From: an uncultured Collinsella sp.
Lineage (GTDB): Bacteria; Actinomycetota; Coriobacteriia; Coriobacteriales; Coriobacteriaceae
Direction of reading: 5' to 3'
Assembly: GCA_938005465.1 (NCBI GenBank)
Contig: CALLNU010000019.1
Span: 85,917-149,916, forward strand
Length of the DNA stretch: 64,000 nt
Every line of letters starts with the position of its first letter. Position 1 is the stretch's first letter. Made by a program: the position numbers and the translations under genes. Under the pieces are notes generated by a model that had not been told where the DNA came from, searched no databases, and worked only from the letters and a program-made list of their open reading frames with translations. This document shows, piece by piece, positions 43,488-52,852 of this stretch.

Positions 43488-44363
43488 TCAGCCAAAACGC
43501 CCCGTCAAATAATCCGCCGTGCGCGGATCGGTCGGATTCTTGAAGAGTTGCGCGGTGGGCGCGTGCTCCACCAGCTCACCCAGCAAAAAGAATGCGACCG
43601 AATCGGAGATACGCGCCGCCTGCTGCATATTGTGCGTAACGACCACGAGCGTGCAGGTCTCTTTGAGCTCGCAGGCCAGCTGCTCCACCACCAGCGTCGA
43701 CACAGGGTCGAGTGCCGAGGTCGGCTCGTCCATCAGCAGAATGTCGGGCTGCACGGCAAGTGCGCGGGCGATGCACAGACGCTGCTGCTGGCCGCCCGAA
43801 AGACCCAGACCCGACTCTTTGAGCTTGTCCTTGGCCTCGTCCCACAGGGCGGCGCGTCGCAGGGAGTCTTCGACCAGCTCGTCGAGCACGACGCGATCGC
43901 GCACACCCATACCGCGCGGCCCATAGGCGACGTTGTCGTAGATGCTCATGGGAAACGGGTTGGGGCGCTGGAACACCATGCCCACGCGCTGGCGAAGGCG
44001 GCAGATGTCGTAGTCGCCCAGGATATCTTGACCATCGAGCGCAATCTTGCCCTCGATTCGGCAGTCCTTGATGCCGTCGTTCATGCGGTTAAAGCAGCGC
44101 TGCAACGTGGACTTTCCGCAGCCCGAAGGCCCGATGAACGAGGTAATCTGCTTGTCGCGGATCTTGATATTCACGTCCTTGAGCGCATGGTGGTCGCCAT
44201 AGAACAGGTCGAGGCCCTCAACATCGATTCGCGTCGGCGAGGCGGCAAGATCCTCTGCCGTGGGGCGAGTCGCATCCCCAACCTCGCGCTCGTGCGCGGC
44301 CTCGGCCTGCGCTTTCATGAGTTCTTCAAGCTCCGTGGGCTCCACAGCCGCAGCAGCCGTCAT
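43488..44363 (-). CDS. pstB: Phosphate ABC transporter ATP-binding protein
   Basis: [56 protein letters not shown]. Confidence 0.93.
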   Translation of the reverse strand: MTAAAAVEPTELEELMKAQAEAAHEREVGDATRPTAEDLAASPTRIDVEGLDLFYGDHHALKDVNIKIRDKQITSFIGPSGCGKSTLQRCFNRMNDGIKDCRIEGKIALDGQDILGDYDICRLRQRVGMVFQRPNPFPMSIYDNVAYGPRGMGVRDRVVLDELVEDSLRRAALWDEAKDKLKESGLGLSGGQQQRLCIARALAVQPDILLMDEPTSALDPVSTLVVEQLACELKETCTLVVVTHNMQQAARISDSVAFFLLGELVEHAPTAQLFKNPTDPRTADYLTGRFG

Positions 44364-44439
44364 ACCGCATACCTCCACATCGATATCAATTCAGCAGTAT
44401 CGATAGTAGGAATCGCGGCTCATATGCACGTGAGCGCAT

Positions 44440-44456
44440 TGTCAAGTGTTTGTAAG
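44440..44456 (-). promoter_or_regulatory. Candidate Pho-box-like direct repeat upstream of pstB
   Basis: CTTACA and TTGACA on the - strand with an 11-bp period. Confidence 0.4.
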
Positions 44457-44466
44457 GGCACACTGG

Positions 44467-45720
44467 CTATGCGGCGGGCAGCTCGATGGTGAATATCGTG
44501 TGTTCGGGCGTCGATTCACATGCAACGGTACCGCCGTGCGCGCATACGATCTCCTTGGCGATGGCAAGCCCCAGTCCAGCGCCGCCGCGATTGGTCGCAC
44601 GCGCCGCATCCAGGCGATAGAACTTCTCAAAGATCACCTTGAGCTTTGCCTCAGGGATGGGATCGCCCTGATTGATAAAGCGCACGCGCACGCCACCGCC
44701 GTCCCGGCGTCTGGCCTCGATCGTGATGGTCGAGCCCTCATAGCTATAGGCAATAGCGTTTTTCATGATGTTGTTGAACACGCGAGCCATCTTGTCGCCA
44801 TCCACGAGCACCGTCAGGTCCTCGCGAATATCAACTTGGACTTCCTTATGCTGCTCGTTGAGGATGGGATAGAACTCGTCAGTCACCTGAGCCAGCAGCA
44901 ACCCCAGATCAACATAGCCGCGCGTGAGCACGATATCGTGGAAGTCAAAGCGCGTGATATCGAAGAACTCTTCGATGAGCGTATCGAGCCGGTGCGCCTT
45001 GTCGAGCGCCACGCCCGTAAAGTGCGCACGTTGCTCAACCGGCAGCTCGGGAGCCTCTTGCAGCAGCGAAAGATAGCCCACCACACTGGCAAGCGGGGTG
45101 CGTAGGTCATGTGCCAAGTACGTGACCAAATCGTACGTGACCAAATCGTCCTTGCGATGCGACTCGTCACGCAGAGCTTGCTGCACCTTGCGCTCACGGT
45201 CACGCACGCGGTTAAGGGCGCCCTCGACCTCCAAGAAGTCGCCGTCGATGTTATCCCAGGTGTCGGGGTGATCGATCAGGCGATCTTGAATACGAGCGGC
45301 CAGCACACAATCGGCATGCTGCTCGCCCTGCTCGTAGCCCTGGTAGTACAGGGCGCGGCCACACAAGAACAGCACGCACGCGGCAAGCGCCAGCACAAAG
45401 CCAAGCATGTTGAATACAAAGCCGGCATCGAACAGCACCGGCCCTTCGATGCCGCCGAGCGCCATGGCGCCAATCGCCAACGTCATGGCCCACGCGGCGC
45501 CGCCAATCACCACGCAGCGGCACACGATCTCAAATCGATCGATCAGCAAAAAGCCGACAAGCAGCACCGCCAAGATTCCGACGATGTTATCGATGCCAAT
45601 CAGCAGCAGGCTCAGCAAAAAGAGCAGCACCGTTGCAAGCGCGCGGTTGTCGACGACCGACCTCACGTATTCAAAGAGCCGATCGGGCACCTCGAACGCT
45701 TGCCTATCGTCTTTTGTCAT
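44467..45720 (-). CDS. Sensor histidine kinase (VanS-like)
   Basis: KDDLVTY..LAHDLRTPL, IEEFFDITRF, RVFNNIMKNAIAYS, FEKFYRLD, GAGLGLAIAKEI. Confidence 0.9.
   Translation of the reverse strand: MTKDDRQAFEVPDRLFEYVRSVVDNRALATVLLFLLSLLLIGIDNIVGILAVLLVGFLLIDRFEIVCRCVVIGGAAWAMTLAIGAMALGGIEGPVLFDAGFVFNMLGFVLALAACVLFLCGRALYYQGYEQGEQHADCVLAARIQDRLIDHPDTWDNIDGDFLEVEGALNRVRDRERKVQQALRDESHRKDDLVTYDLVTYLAHDLRTPLASVVGYLSLLQEAPELPVEQRAHFTGVALDKAHRLDTLIEEFFDITRFDFHDIVLTRGYVDLGLLLAQVTDEFYPILNEQHKEVQVDIREDLTVLVDGDKMARVFNNIMKNAIAYSYEGSTITIEARRRDGGGVRVRFINQGDPIPEAKLKVIFEKFYRLDAARATNRGGAGLGLAIAKEIVCAHGGTVACESTPEHTIFTIELPAA
45118..45147. repeat. Perfect 15-bp in-frame tandem duplication inside the kinase gene
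   Basis: gtacgtgaccaaatc x2, giving DLVTY-DLVTY. Confidence 0.95.
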
Positions 45721-45746
45721 ATCAAGATCCTCACAAGCGAAAAGCG

Positions 45747-46442
45747 TTATTCGATGATGTAGCCGACGCCCCAGACGTTTTTGATAAAGCGTGGCTTTTG
45801 TGCGTCGTCGCCGATCTTTTCACGCAAGTGGCGAATATGCACCATCACCGTATTGTTGGAGCCGGGCATAAAGTCCTCGTTCCACACCGCGCGGAACAGG
45901 TCCTCCACGGCCACCACGCTGCCGCGATGCTCGACCAGATACAGCAAGATTGAATACTCGGTGGGCGTGAGGCGAACCGGTGAACCGTCCACTGTCACGG
46001 AACGAGCATCGCGGTTGATCTCCAAGCCGTCGAGCTGAATGGTCGGCGACTCAGCCGCCTGTGCACGGCTACCGTAGCTGGTGTAGCGGCGAAGCTGAGC
46101 GTGCACGCGCGCGATGAGCTCCAGCGGACGGAACGGCTTAACCACGTAATCGTCCGCGCCAAGCGAAAGGCCCTCGATCTTGTCTTGCTGGGCATCGCGC
46201 GCCGTCAGCATGATCACGGGATAGGTATGGCTGGAACGGATCGTACGCAGCAGCTCAAAGCCATCGATATCGGGCAGCATGACATCCAGCAGCGCCAGAT
46301 CGAACTCCTGCTCCAAGATTGCCTTGGCAGCATCAGCCCCGCTATAGGCAATCTGGACGTCAAAGCCTTCTTTTGTAAGGTAGATGCCAACTAGGTCGGC
46401 AATGGCCTTCTCGTCATCAACTACCAAAATGCGCTCGTTCAT
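45747..46442 (-). CDS. OmpR-family response regulator (VanR-like)
   Basis: ILVVDDE, YPVIMLTA, KPFRPLELIARV, NNTVMVHIRHLREK, KNVWGVGY. Confidence 0.92.
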   Translation of the reverse strand: MNERILVVDDEKAIADLVGIYLTKEGFDVQIAYSGADAAKAILEQEFDLALLDVMLPDIDGFELLRTIRSSHTYPVIMLTARDAQQDKIEGLSLGADDYVVKPFRPLELIARVHAQLRRYTSYGSRAQAAESPTIQLDGLEINRDARSVTVDGSPVRLTPTEYSILLYLVEHRGSVVAVEDLFRAVWNEDFMPGSNNTVMVHIRHLREKIGDDAQKPRFIKNVWGVGYIIE

Positions 46443-46507
46443 GCGTGCTCCTCTCGCGCTCCATTATGCCTGAGGCGACGCACGCCACACACAACAAGCG
46501 TGGGTGA

Positions 46508-46523
46508 TTAAGTCGGCCTTAAG
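46508..46523. promoter_or_regulatory. Candidate OmpR-family binding site TTAAG-N6-TTAAG
   Basis: Direct repeat with an 11-bp period in the divergent regulator/carboxypeptidase spacer. Confidence 0.55.
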
Positions 46524-46639
46524 CACCCTTGTGCCCGTTCGGGTGCGGATGTGGGCCACGCGCGCACGCGATGATCGCCGACGCCGGCAAACGATATACT
46601 CTAGTTCCAGAAGAGACCATCCCGTCGAAAGCGAAATCC

Positions 46640-47980
46640 GTGAAGTCCCTCACCTCTTTTGCAAAGCGCTCAGCCCAGCTTGCCGCCGGCTTTGTCTGCG
46701 CTATCGCCCTTGCCGCTGGCGCGCCCACCGTCGCCGGCGCCCAAGTGCTCACGACCGACAATGTTTGCGGCAAAACCGCCGATGCGCGCGGCATCACGGC
46801 CGAAAACCTGCCCGATATCGATGCGACCAATGCCCTCGTCATGGGCAAAGACGGCACCGTCTACTATGGGCGCGGCGCCGATGAGCAGGTCAAGATCGCC
46901 TCGATCACCAAGGTCATGACCGCAATCCTAACCGTCGAGAATTGCGAGATGGACGAGAAAGTCACGGTGAGCAACGCCGCAGCCACCGTGGGTAATTCGA
47001 CCGCCGGCTTGCTCGAAGGCGACGAGCTTACCGTGGAGCAGGCACTGCGCGGCCTGATGATTCCCTCGGGCAACGACGCCGCCATCGTGCTCGCCGAATA
47101 TGTGGGCAAGAAGATCGACCCTAAGACCAAAGACGCCGAGGCCACATTTGTGAAGGCCATGAACGAGCGCGCTAAGAAGCTCGGCTGCACCGGTACGCTT
47201 TTCGAAAACCCGCATGGTCTGGACTTTGATGAGTGGGCTGGCAATATGCACTCAACCGCACACGACGTAGCGCTGATGATGCAGGAGGCCATGAAAAACG
47301 ACACGATCCGCGAGGTCGTAGCGAGCGAGGATTCCTGGATCGAGGTCACGGGCGCCGACGGCACCGACCATTCGCATTCCATGGACACGCATAACTATTT
47401 GCTGGGCCAAGATGGCAACATCGGCGGCAAGACCGGCACCACCGACGACGCGGGCTATTGCTTTGCGAGCGCCTACAACCGCGATGGCGACGAGATCTAC
47501 ACCGTTATTTTGAACTCCACCACCACCGACCAGCGCTTTACCGATACCGCCACCCTTGCCAACTGGTACTACGACCACAAGGTGACGGTCGCAATCGCCA
47601 ACACGCAGGAAAAGACCGCCAACGGCAACCCGCTTATGGCACGCATTAGCCAGACAGATTGGACGGACAAGACGATCGACGCCACGCTCGCCGACCCCGC
47701 CGCACAGGCAACGGTGTTCTCACTCGCCGGCGAAGTGACCGAAAAAGTTAGCTACGATGACCTCTCGGGCACGGTGCATGTTGGCGACAAGGTAGGCAGC
47801 GTTACGCTCAAGCAGGACGGCACCAAGGTCGCCGTCATGGACCTGGTTGCCGACGAGGAAGGCACAGGGCCGAATCCCATTGAATGGCTCCTTGTGAAGC
47901 TCGACCGCCTGGGCCGCCGCATCGACAACCGCCCACTCACGGCAGAAAGCGAGACCGTCGCCAAGGCTCCTGAGATGTAG
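46640..47980 (+). CDS. Serine-type D-alanyl-D-alanine carboxypeptidase (peptidase S11)
   Basis: Signal peptide, ASITK (SxxK), SGN (SxN), NPHGLD, KTG; start uncertain (GTG 46640). Confidence 0.9.
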   Translation: MKSLTSFAKRSAQLAAGFVCAIALAAGAPTVAGAQVLTTDNVCGKTADARGITAENLPDIDATNALVMGKDGTVYYGRGADEQVKIASITKVMTAILTVENCEMDEKVTVSNAAATVGNSTAGLLEGDELTVEQALRGLMIPSGNDAAIVLAEYVGKKIDPKTKDAEATFVKAMNERAKKLGCTGTLFENPHGLDFDEWAGNMHSTAHDVALMMQEAMKNDTIREVVASEDSWIEVTGADGTDHSHSMDTHNYLLGQDGNIGGKTGTTDDAGYCFASAYNRDGDEIYTVILNSTTTDQRFTDTATLANWYYDHKVTVAIANTQEKTANGNPLMARISQTDWTDKTIDATLADPAAQATVFSLAGEVTEKVSYDDLSGTVHVGDKVGSVTLKQDGTKVAVMDLVADEEGTGPNPIEWLLVKLDRLGRRIDNRPLTAESETVAKAPEM

Positions 47981-48005
47981 GGCGCAAGAATAATAAGTCC
48001 ACTGA

Positions 48006-48036
48006 AAGGAGGCGTCCGAAAGGATGCCTCCTTTTT
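48006..48036 (+). terminator. Terminator of the carboxypeptidase gene
   Basis: aaaggaggcgtcc / ggatgcctccttttt. Confidence 0.8.
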
Positions 48037-48111
48037 GAGGGTTCGAATCCCCAGCCGCCATTCTTGATAATAAAAAAGGGCCCCAAATGGGACCCTTCTT
48101 CAAAGTCATAC

Positions 48112-48202
48112 TGGCGGAGAGCTGGGGATTCGAACCCCAGATGCCCTTTTGGGGCATACTCGCTTAGCAGGCGAGCACCTTCGGCCTCTCGGTCAGCTCT
48201 CC
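48112..48202 (-). tRNA. tRNA-Ser(GCT)
   Basis: Cloverleaf with long variable arm, anticodon loop ctGCTaa, GGTTCGAATCC, encoded CCA. Confidence 0.97.
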
Positions 48203-48307
48203 GTAACAGCCGTTCTATAGTAACCAAACAGCCGAAGTTGGGCAAGGGGAATTTTGAGGCGTTTCCTCTTTTACCTCTCTTTTACCAGTAAACGTCTCAG
48301 TCAATCA

Positions 48308-48362
48308 TCTCAACCTGTAACATCTGCAGGCCGTAATCCCCTCCAGATGTTACAGGTTGAGA
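48308..48362. repeat. 19-bp perfect inverted repeat downstream of ATPase paralog 2
   Basis: tctcaacctgtaacatctg / cagatgttacaggttgaga. Confidence 0.85.
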
Positions 48363-48411
48363 CAAAGATACAAGGACGGCCCCAGCGACAGCGCGGACAG
48401 CCCATTCTTTA

Positions 48412-49494
48412 TTAGTCCTCTCGAACGGTCTCCAACAGATAATCGCGCATGTACGGAATTGCAAACGAAACACAGCCATAGCCCGCGGGCTCAATCAACC
48501 CCGCATCGATCAGACGCTTGCGATATGACCCAACTTTGTTCGCCGACAAACCCATCTTCTTGGCGATATCGCCGTTGGCGATATCGACGCCCTCGCATTG
48601 AGCCATCGCCGCGAGATACTGAAACTGCCGTTCCGACACCCTGCGCAGCGCTGGGGCAATCACCATAGCATTAAAGCTATCAAGAGCCGCCTGGATACCC
48701 TTACGAGCCGCCTCTTCGCTCACGCTCTCCGCCCCACTGCGCGCAGCAACCTGCCAAGCGTAATATCCGACCAGCTGGACCATAAAGGGATAGCCTGCCG
48801 AAGCTTTTGTTAATAGCTCAGCGGCACCTTTGTCGAGCTCCTTGCCCGCTCGTCTCATCGTATCCTCAAACGATCCGCCAACTTCAAAATCGGAAAGCCG
48901 AGTAAGTTCAACATGTTTGGCTCGCTGAAGGAACGTCAACGTATCATCCACCACCACGCCATCTACCGATGTCGGCAGCCCGGCGAAAGCGAAAGCGACA
49001 TTCGCTCCTTGGCGGATCAAGAGCTGCATCTCATTGCCTAGCTCGCGCATTTCCTCAGTTGAGGCATCCTGGATCTCGTCGAGCGTAATGAGCAGACCAC
49101 CGCGCTTCGCAGCATCGTACATCGCCTCGCCCAGATGAGAGGCCGACTTCGACATCTCCATGGAGCCAAGGCTGACCCCTAAAATCGATGGGGAAATCGA
49201 GATTGATTCAAGACGAACGTTTCGCTGCAGAGCCTCGAGGATTCTATTGCAAAAACCAGCATTGGAGGCAACGTCAACGACCTCGAATCCTTTTTTGCGT
49301 GCAAGGTCACCCAATGCATTAAGGAGCACCGTTTTACCTGTGCCTCGGACGCCCGAGATGCGCATGAGTCGATCGGGGGCACCAGGACCATTCTCAAGAG
49401 CCTCGGCAAAGTCATCCAAAACAGTGTCCCGTCCGATAAGCTCAGGCGGATTCATGCCCGCCGTTGGCTTAAAGGGGTTAACAGCTTTCGTCAT
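48412..49494 (-). CDS. AAA+ family P-loop ATPase with C-terminal winged-helix domain (paralog 2)
   Basis: NPFKPTAG, GVRGTGKT, LLITLDE, GYPFMVQLVGYYAWQ, YG.VSFAIPYMRDYL; ATG 49494 after gaggagg. Confidence 0.85.
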   Translation of the reverse strand: MTKAVNPFKPTAGMNPPELIGRDTVLDDFAEALENGPGAPDRLMRISGVRGTGKTVLLNALGDLARKKGFEVVDVASNAGFCNRILEALQRNVRLESISISPSILGVSLGSMEMSKSASHLGEAMYDAAKRGGLLITLDEIQDASTEEMRELGNEMQLLIRQGANVAFAFAGLPTSVDGVVVDDTLTFLQRAKHVELTRLSDFEVGGSFEDTMRRAGKELDKGAAELLTKASAGYPFMVQLVGYYAWQVAARSGAESVSEEAARKGIQAALDSFNAMVIAPALRRVSERQFQYLAAMAQCEGVDIANGDIAKKMGLSANKVGSYRKRLIDAGLIEPAGYGCVSFAIPYMRDYLLETVRED

Positions 49495-49513
49495 TCTGCC
49501 CTCCTCTGCTAGT

Positions 49514-49569
49514 TTTAACAACTTTAACAAAGTTTAGCAACTTTAGCAGAGTTTAACAGTTTTAGCAGG
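49514..49569 (-). repeat. Six tandem 9/10-bp repeats (core TG[C/T]TAAA) just upstream of the ATPase RBS
   Basis: - strand: cctgctaaa actgttaaa ctctgctaaa gttgctaaa ctttgttaaa gttgttaaa. Confidence 0.92.
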
Positions 49570-49656
49570 CTCGGCGGCTTTATGCCTTACCAATCCTGCC
49601 GGGTCCTCCCGCCCGCGCCGATACAAATAGCGCGGTGCGGCCCCTCTATATCGCCC

Positions 49657-52098
49657 CTACCCCAGCGAGCGGTTGAGGGAGCCGAGCTCGTCGTTACCCA
49701 TGGTACGCCACATTTGGAAGATGCAACCGCGCGCCAGGAAAAAGAAGCCGTTGTCGACCAGTTGCACAGCGGCATCTGCCAGCTGATTCGTCACGGCGGA
49801 CACTGGCGGCAGCTCAAGTCCAGCCTTGCGGATGGTCTCGACCGCCTCCTCGAACGTCGGAGGCTCGCTGACGCCCATCTCGTTCATAAGGCCCTGCATT
49901 TCTTCCAGCGCGCTGCTGCCCGACTCCTCGCCGCGCGGCACCAGACGGTAACAAGCCAGCGCCAGGTCGAGCTGATCGCAATTCCAATAGGCAAACGCCA
50001 AGCGATAGAACAGGTAGCCAATTGCAGAACGATCGCTGGCAATACGTAGGCCGTGGCGCGCCACCTCGATAATCTCGTCAAAGCGCTCCAGACGCGCAAG
50101 CACGTTGATGAGCGCAAAGTGCGATTGCATGGACGAGCGCGCCAGATCGTAAAGATGGCGCACCTCGGGCAGCGCTCGTTCAAAGTCCTCTTGCTCGGCA
50201 TAAAAGCTGCAGATCTCGTGCTGGGCAAAGTACAGCGCATCGGGCGCACGAAGGATTCGCACAGAGCGGTCTTCTTCCAACACCGGTAGCACCATGCGCA
50301 CCAGCTGGTTATCGCAAAACTGCGTTTGAACCGGACCTGTCGCCAAAAGCTCGGCGACAGTGCACTTAGCCTCCAACTCCTCGACAAGACGGGAAAAGCC
50401 TTCAAAAGCACCTGTACGGTCTACTTTTGCCTGCTCGCGCAATTCAACAACACGGGCCACGTATGAGTCATCGTCCTCTTCCATGACCTCCAACTCGTCA
50501 GCCGTATCGGCAAGCAGCAGATCGCGCAGCGCCGGCGGCAGCGTGCGATGGTCATCACGCGGACGAGCATGAACCTCCGCAGGCTCAATCGTCTCCGGAG
50601 CGGTTGACTCATACGCCTCAAGCACACGCTTGCACGGCATATCGTCCATGTCCATGCTCTCAAGATCCTTGGCGACAGGCACGCAATCGGCCAGATAGGC
50701 CGCGCGCCCAAAGAAATACGTTGCAACAACGCGCTCGCCCTGCTCACTGTCGGGAGCAGCAATCTGCACATAGCAGCGCGTGATGCAGGTGCCCGCGGCA
50801 AAACACGCTGCCGCAAGCGTGAGTGCCACGCGCGCATCGTGCTCCGCGGCCCAGATCGCGCGCGTGTCCTCGTCCAGCTCGCGCCAGGCGTCATCCTGAG
50901 CGTCGTATTCACGTTGCAGCATGGCATCAACGACAGACTGCCCAAACCGAACGAGCATAATCCCCTCGGCAACGTTTGCCCGATAGGTATAGTCGAGCCG
51001 CGTGACCACGTTGAGCGCCTCAACGATTCGCGCAAAACGGGTGCGCACGTCCCACTCGCCGCCCGGCTGGCACGAAACCGTTCCCGGCTTGGCCCACGGG
51101 TTATCGCTCGAAGCCGTATCGAGCAGTCGGGGAACATCGTTGGTCGTCTTGGCGATATGCCACGCATCAAAGAGCGCGCAGCCCTCAAGGCTCGGCGAGG
51201 ATGCCGCAGGAGCCAATCCGGCCCCGATGCGCTCAAGGATGCCGGAGAGGCGGTTGAGACGGCACTCGATGGCAAGCAGCATGTCAATCTCGTCCTGGTC
51301 CAACAGGCTACGATCAAAATTGAGATAGAAAATCTTTGAGCGATCAATGCGAGCCAGGCTCATCTCGGACTTAGCAGCGATGGTGCGCAGGCGGGGCAAG
51401 TCAATTTCGCTCATAAGGGCGGCGGCATAGCGCTCGATACCGCTCGGATTCTCGGCATGGTCAACGCGGTAAAGCAGCGTCTCGATAGCATCGGGGAGCG
51501 GTGCCGTGTTAAAGCCCAAAAACACCTCGACCGGCTCGGGCAACTTTACGAGCTTGATCTTGTCGACAACGTTTTGCATACCCTCGTCGAGTCCGCCGGC
51601 GTCCGCTGTGTTCACAATAGCGCTTTCGGAGTTGGCAAATATCACGTAGCGCAAGAACATCGAAGCCATGAACTCACCGTAAGGAAGGGCGCGGGTCGAA
51701 TTCCATGTCTCGTGGTCGGACTGCTCGCGCATGGGGCCTTCGGGAGAGCCGGCAGTTTGCGCACACGCGCGCATTGCACCGTTGGCTTTCCTTACCATAA
51801 TCTCACCAATACTGGAATCCGACTCGTCAAGGACCAGTTCCATGTCGGGATCGTTGGGCAGCGGAGCCTCGCTGACGGGGCGGTCCACCTTGTACACCTC
51901 ACCCGAAACGCTTACGTAGCCCAAAAGCGACACATGACTTTTGCCAACGAATTCGACGACATAACAAGATTCATGCTGATCCTCGCCAAAGAGTTTCCAG
52001 ACCACGCCATATGAGCGTCCCGCAGGCTGCTCGGGCATCGCCGGAAAGCGCTTCTTAGGATCGAGAAACCTGAGCTTGTATGTCGGACGCTCTGCCAC
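49657..52098 (-). CDS. Large hypothetical protein with C-terminal TPR-like repeats
   Basis: 813-aa ORF with coding-like composition; helical TPR-like segments (AIGYLFYRLAFAYWNCDQLDLALACY). Confidence 0.7.
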   Translation of the reverse strand: MAERPTYKLRFLDPKKRFPAMPEQPAGRSYGVVWKLFGEDQHESCYVVEFVGKSHVSLLGYVSVSGEVYKVDRPVSEAPLPNDPDMELVLDESDSSIGEIMVRKANGAMRACAQTAGSPEGPMREQSDHETWNSTRALPYGEFMASMFLRYVIFANSESAIVNTADAGGLDEGMQNVVDKIKLVKLPEPVEVFLGFNTAPLPDAIETLLYRVDHAENPSGIERYAAALMSEIDLPRLRTIAAKSEMSLARIDRSKIFYLNFDRSLLDQDEIDMLLAIECRLNRLSGILERIGAGLAPAASSPSLEGCALFDAWHIAKTTNDVPRLLDTASSDNPWAKPGTVSCQPGGEWDVRTRFARIVEALNVVTRLDYTYRANVAEGIMLVRFGQSVVDAMLQREYDAQDDAWRELDEDTRAIWAAEHDARVALTLAAACFAAGTCITRCYVQIAAPDSEQGERVVATYFFGRAAYLADCVPVAKDLESMDMDDMPCKRVLEAYESTAPETIEPAEVHARPRDDHRTLPPALRDLLLADTADELEVMEEDDDSYVARVVELREQAKVDRTGAFEGFSRLVEELEAKCTVAELLATGPVQTQFCDNQLVRMVLPVLEEDRSVRILRAPDALYFAQHEICSFYAEQEDFERALPEVRHLYDLARSSMQSHFALINVLARLERFDEIIEVARHGLRIASDRSAIGYLFYRLAFAYWNCDQLDLALACYRLVPRGEESGSSALEEMQGLMNEMGVSEPPTFEEAVETIRKAGLELPPVSAVTNQLADAAVQLVDNGFFFLARGCIFQMWRTMGNDELGSLNRSLG

Positions 52099-52261
52099 GA
52101 AATATCACCCTGATCGGTCGTTTGAAGAAGGAGTGGTCGCGAATAAGTCGCGACATCTACTCGGAATCTTACACGAGTCGACAGGAAATCGTCCCTTTGG
52201 ACGAAAGCACTCAAGCTGGCGTAAAAGAAAAGCCCCCGTTGCCGGGAGCTTTAATCTCAAA

Positions 52262-52338
52262 TGGTGCGGCGTATAGGATTCGAACCTATGACGTTCTGAT
52301 TCGTAGTCAGACCCTCTATCCAGCTGAGGTAACGCCGC
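52262..52338 (-). tRNA. tRNA-Arg(ACG)
   Basis: Anticodon loop ctACGaa, GGTTCGAATCC, CCA end. Confidence 0.97.
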
Positions 52339-52415
52339 AGCGCAAGACATATAAAACCACTTTAGCTTATTGGAGTCAAGCACAATCTCAAACTTTTTTG
52401 TGGAACGCAGTTTTG

Positions 52416-52793
52416 TCATGCTGCTCCGCATATACCGCTGTTCCCCGTACGATCGATTGGCTTTTCGATCACGTCAAACTTAGCATCAAGTTCCCTCAGG
52501 AGCGATCTCACCCGCTGGGCGCAATCATAATCGGCAAACGAGATGCTCAACATGCGCGCGACCTGGTTGGAAGTCCCAACTCCATAGAAGTGCTCCAGCG
52601 CCACAAGTCCCTCGTGCGTCACAAAGGTCTCGACCACATGCGGCGACTCCTCAAAGCACCATTGCGTCAACGGACCCTCACTCGTCTGCCGAACCACCAG
52701 GCCGCCCATGCCAGACGGCTCACACGTTACAAGCAGGTACTCCCCGCCCTCGTCGCTCTCAAACAAAACCACCCGATCATCAAACAGCTCCAT
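52416..52793 (-). CDS. Hypothetical protein (125 aa), candidate SOS-regulated
   Basis: RBS aaaggg before ATG; protein-like composition; LexA-like box upstream. Confidence 0.7.
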   Translation of the reverse strand: MELFDDRVVLFESDEGGEYLLVTCEPSGMGGLVVRQTSEGPLTQWCFEESPHVVETFVTHEGLVALEHFYGVGTSNQVARMLSISFADYDCAQRVRSLLRELDAKFDVIEKPIDRTGNSGICGAA

Positions 52794-52852
52794 CGCGTCC
52801 CCTTTCTCTCGCTCTTATTTAGCAAAAGCATAGCAGGTAGATGGCTGTATAC

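Noticed and set aside
44467..46442. Vancomycin resistance cluster
   Set aside because: No D-Ala-D-Lac or D-Ala-D-Ser ligase, dehydrogenase, racemase or dipeptidase gene.
48112..52338. Prophage or integrative island between tRNA-Ser and tRNA-Arg
   Set aside because: No integrase or phage gene and no directly repeated att sites.
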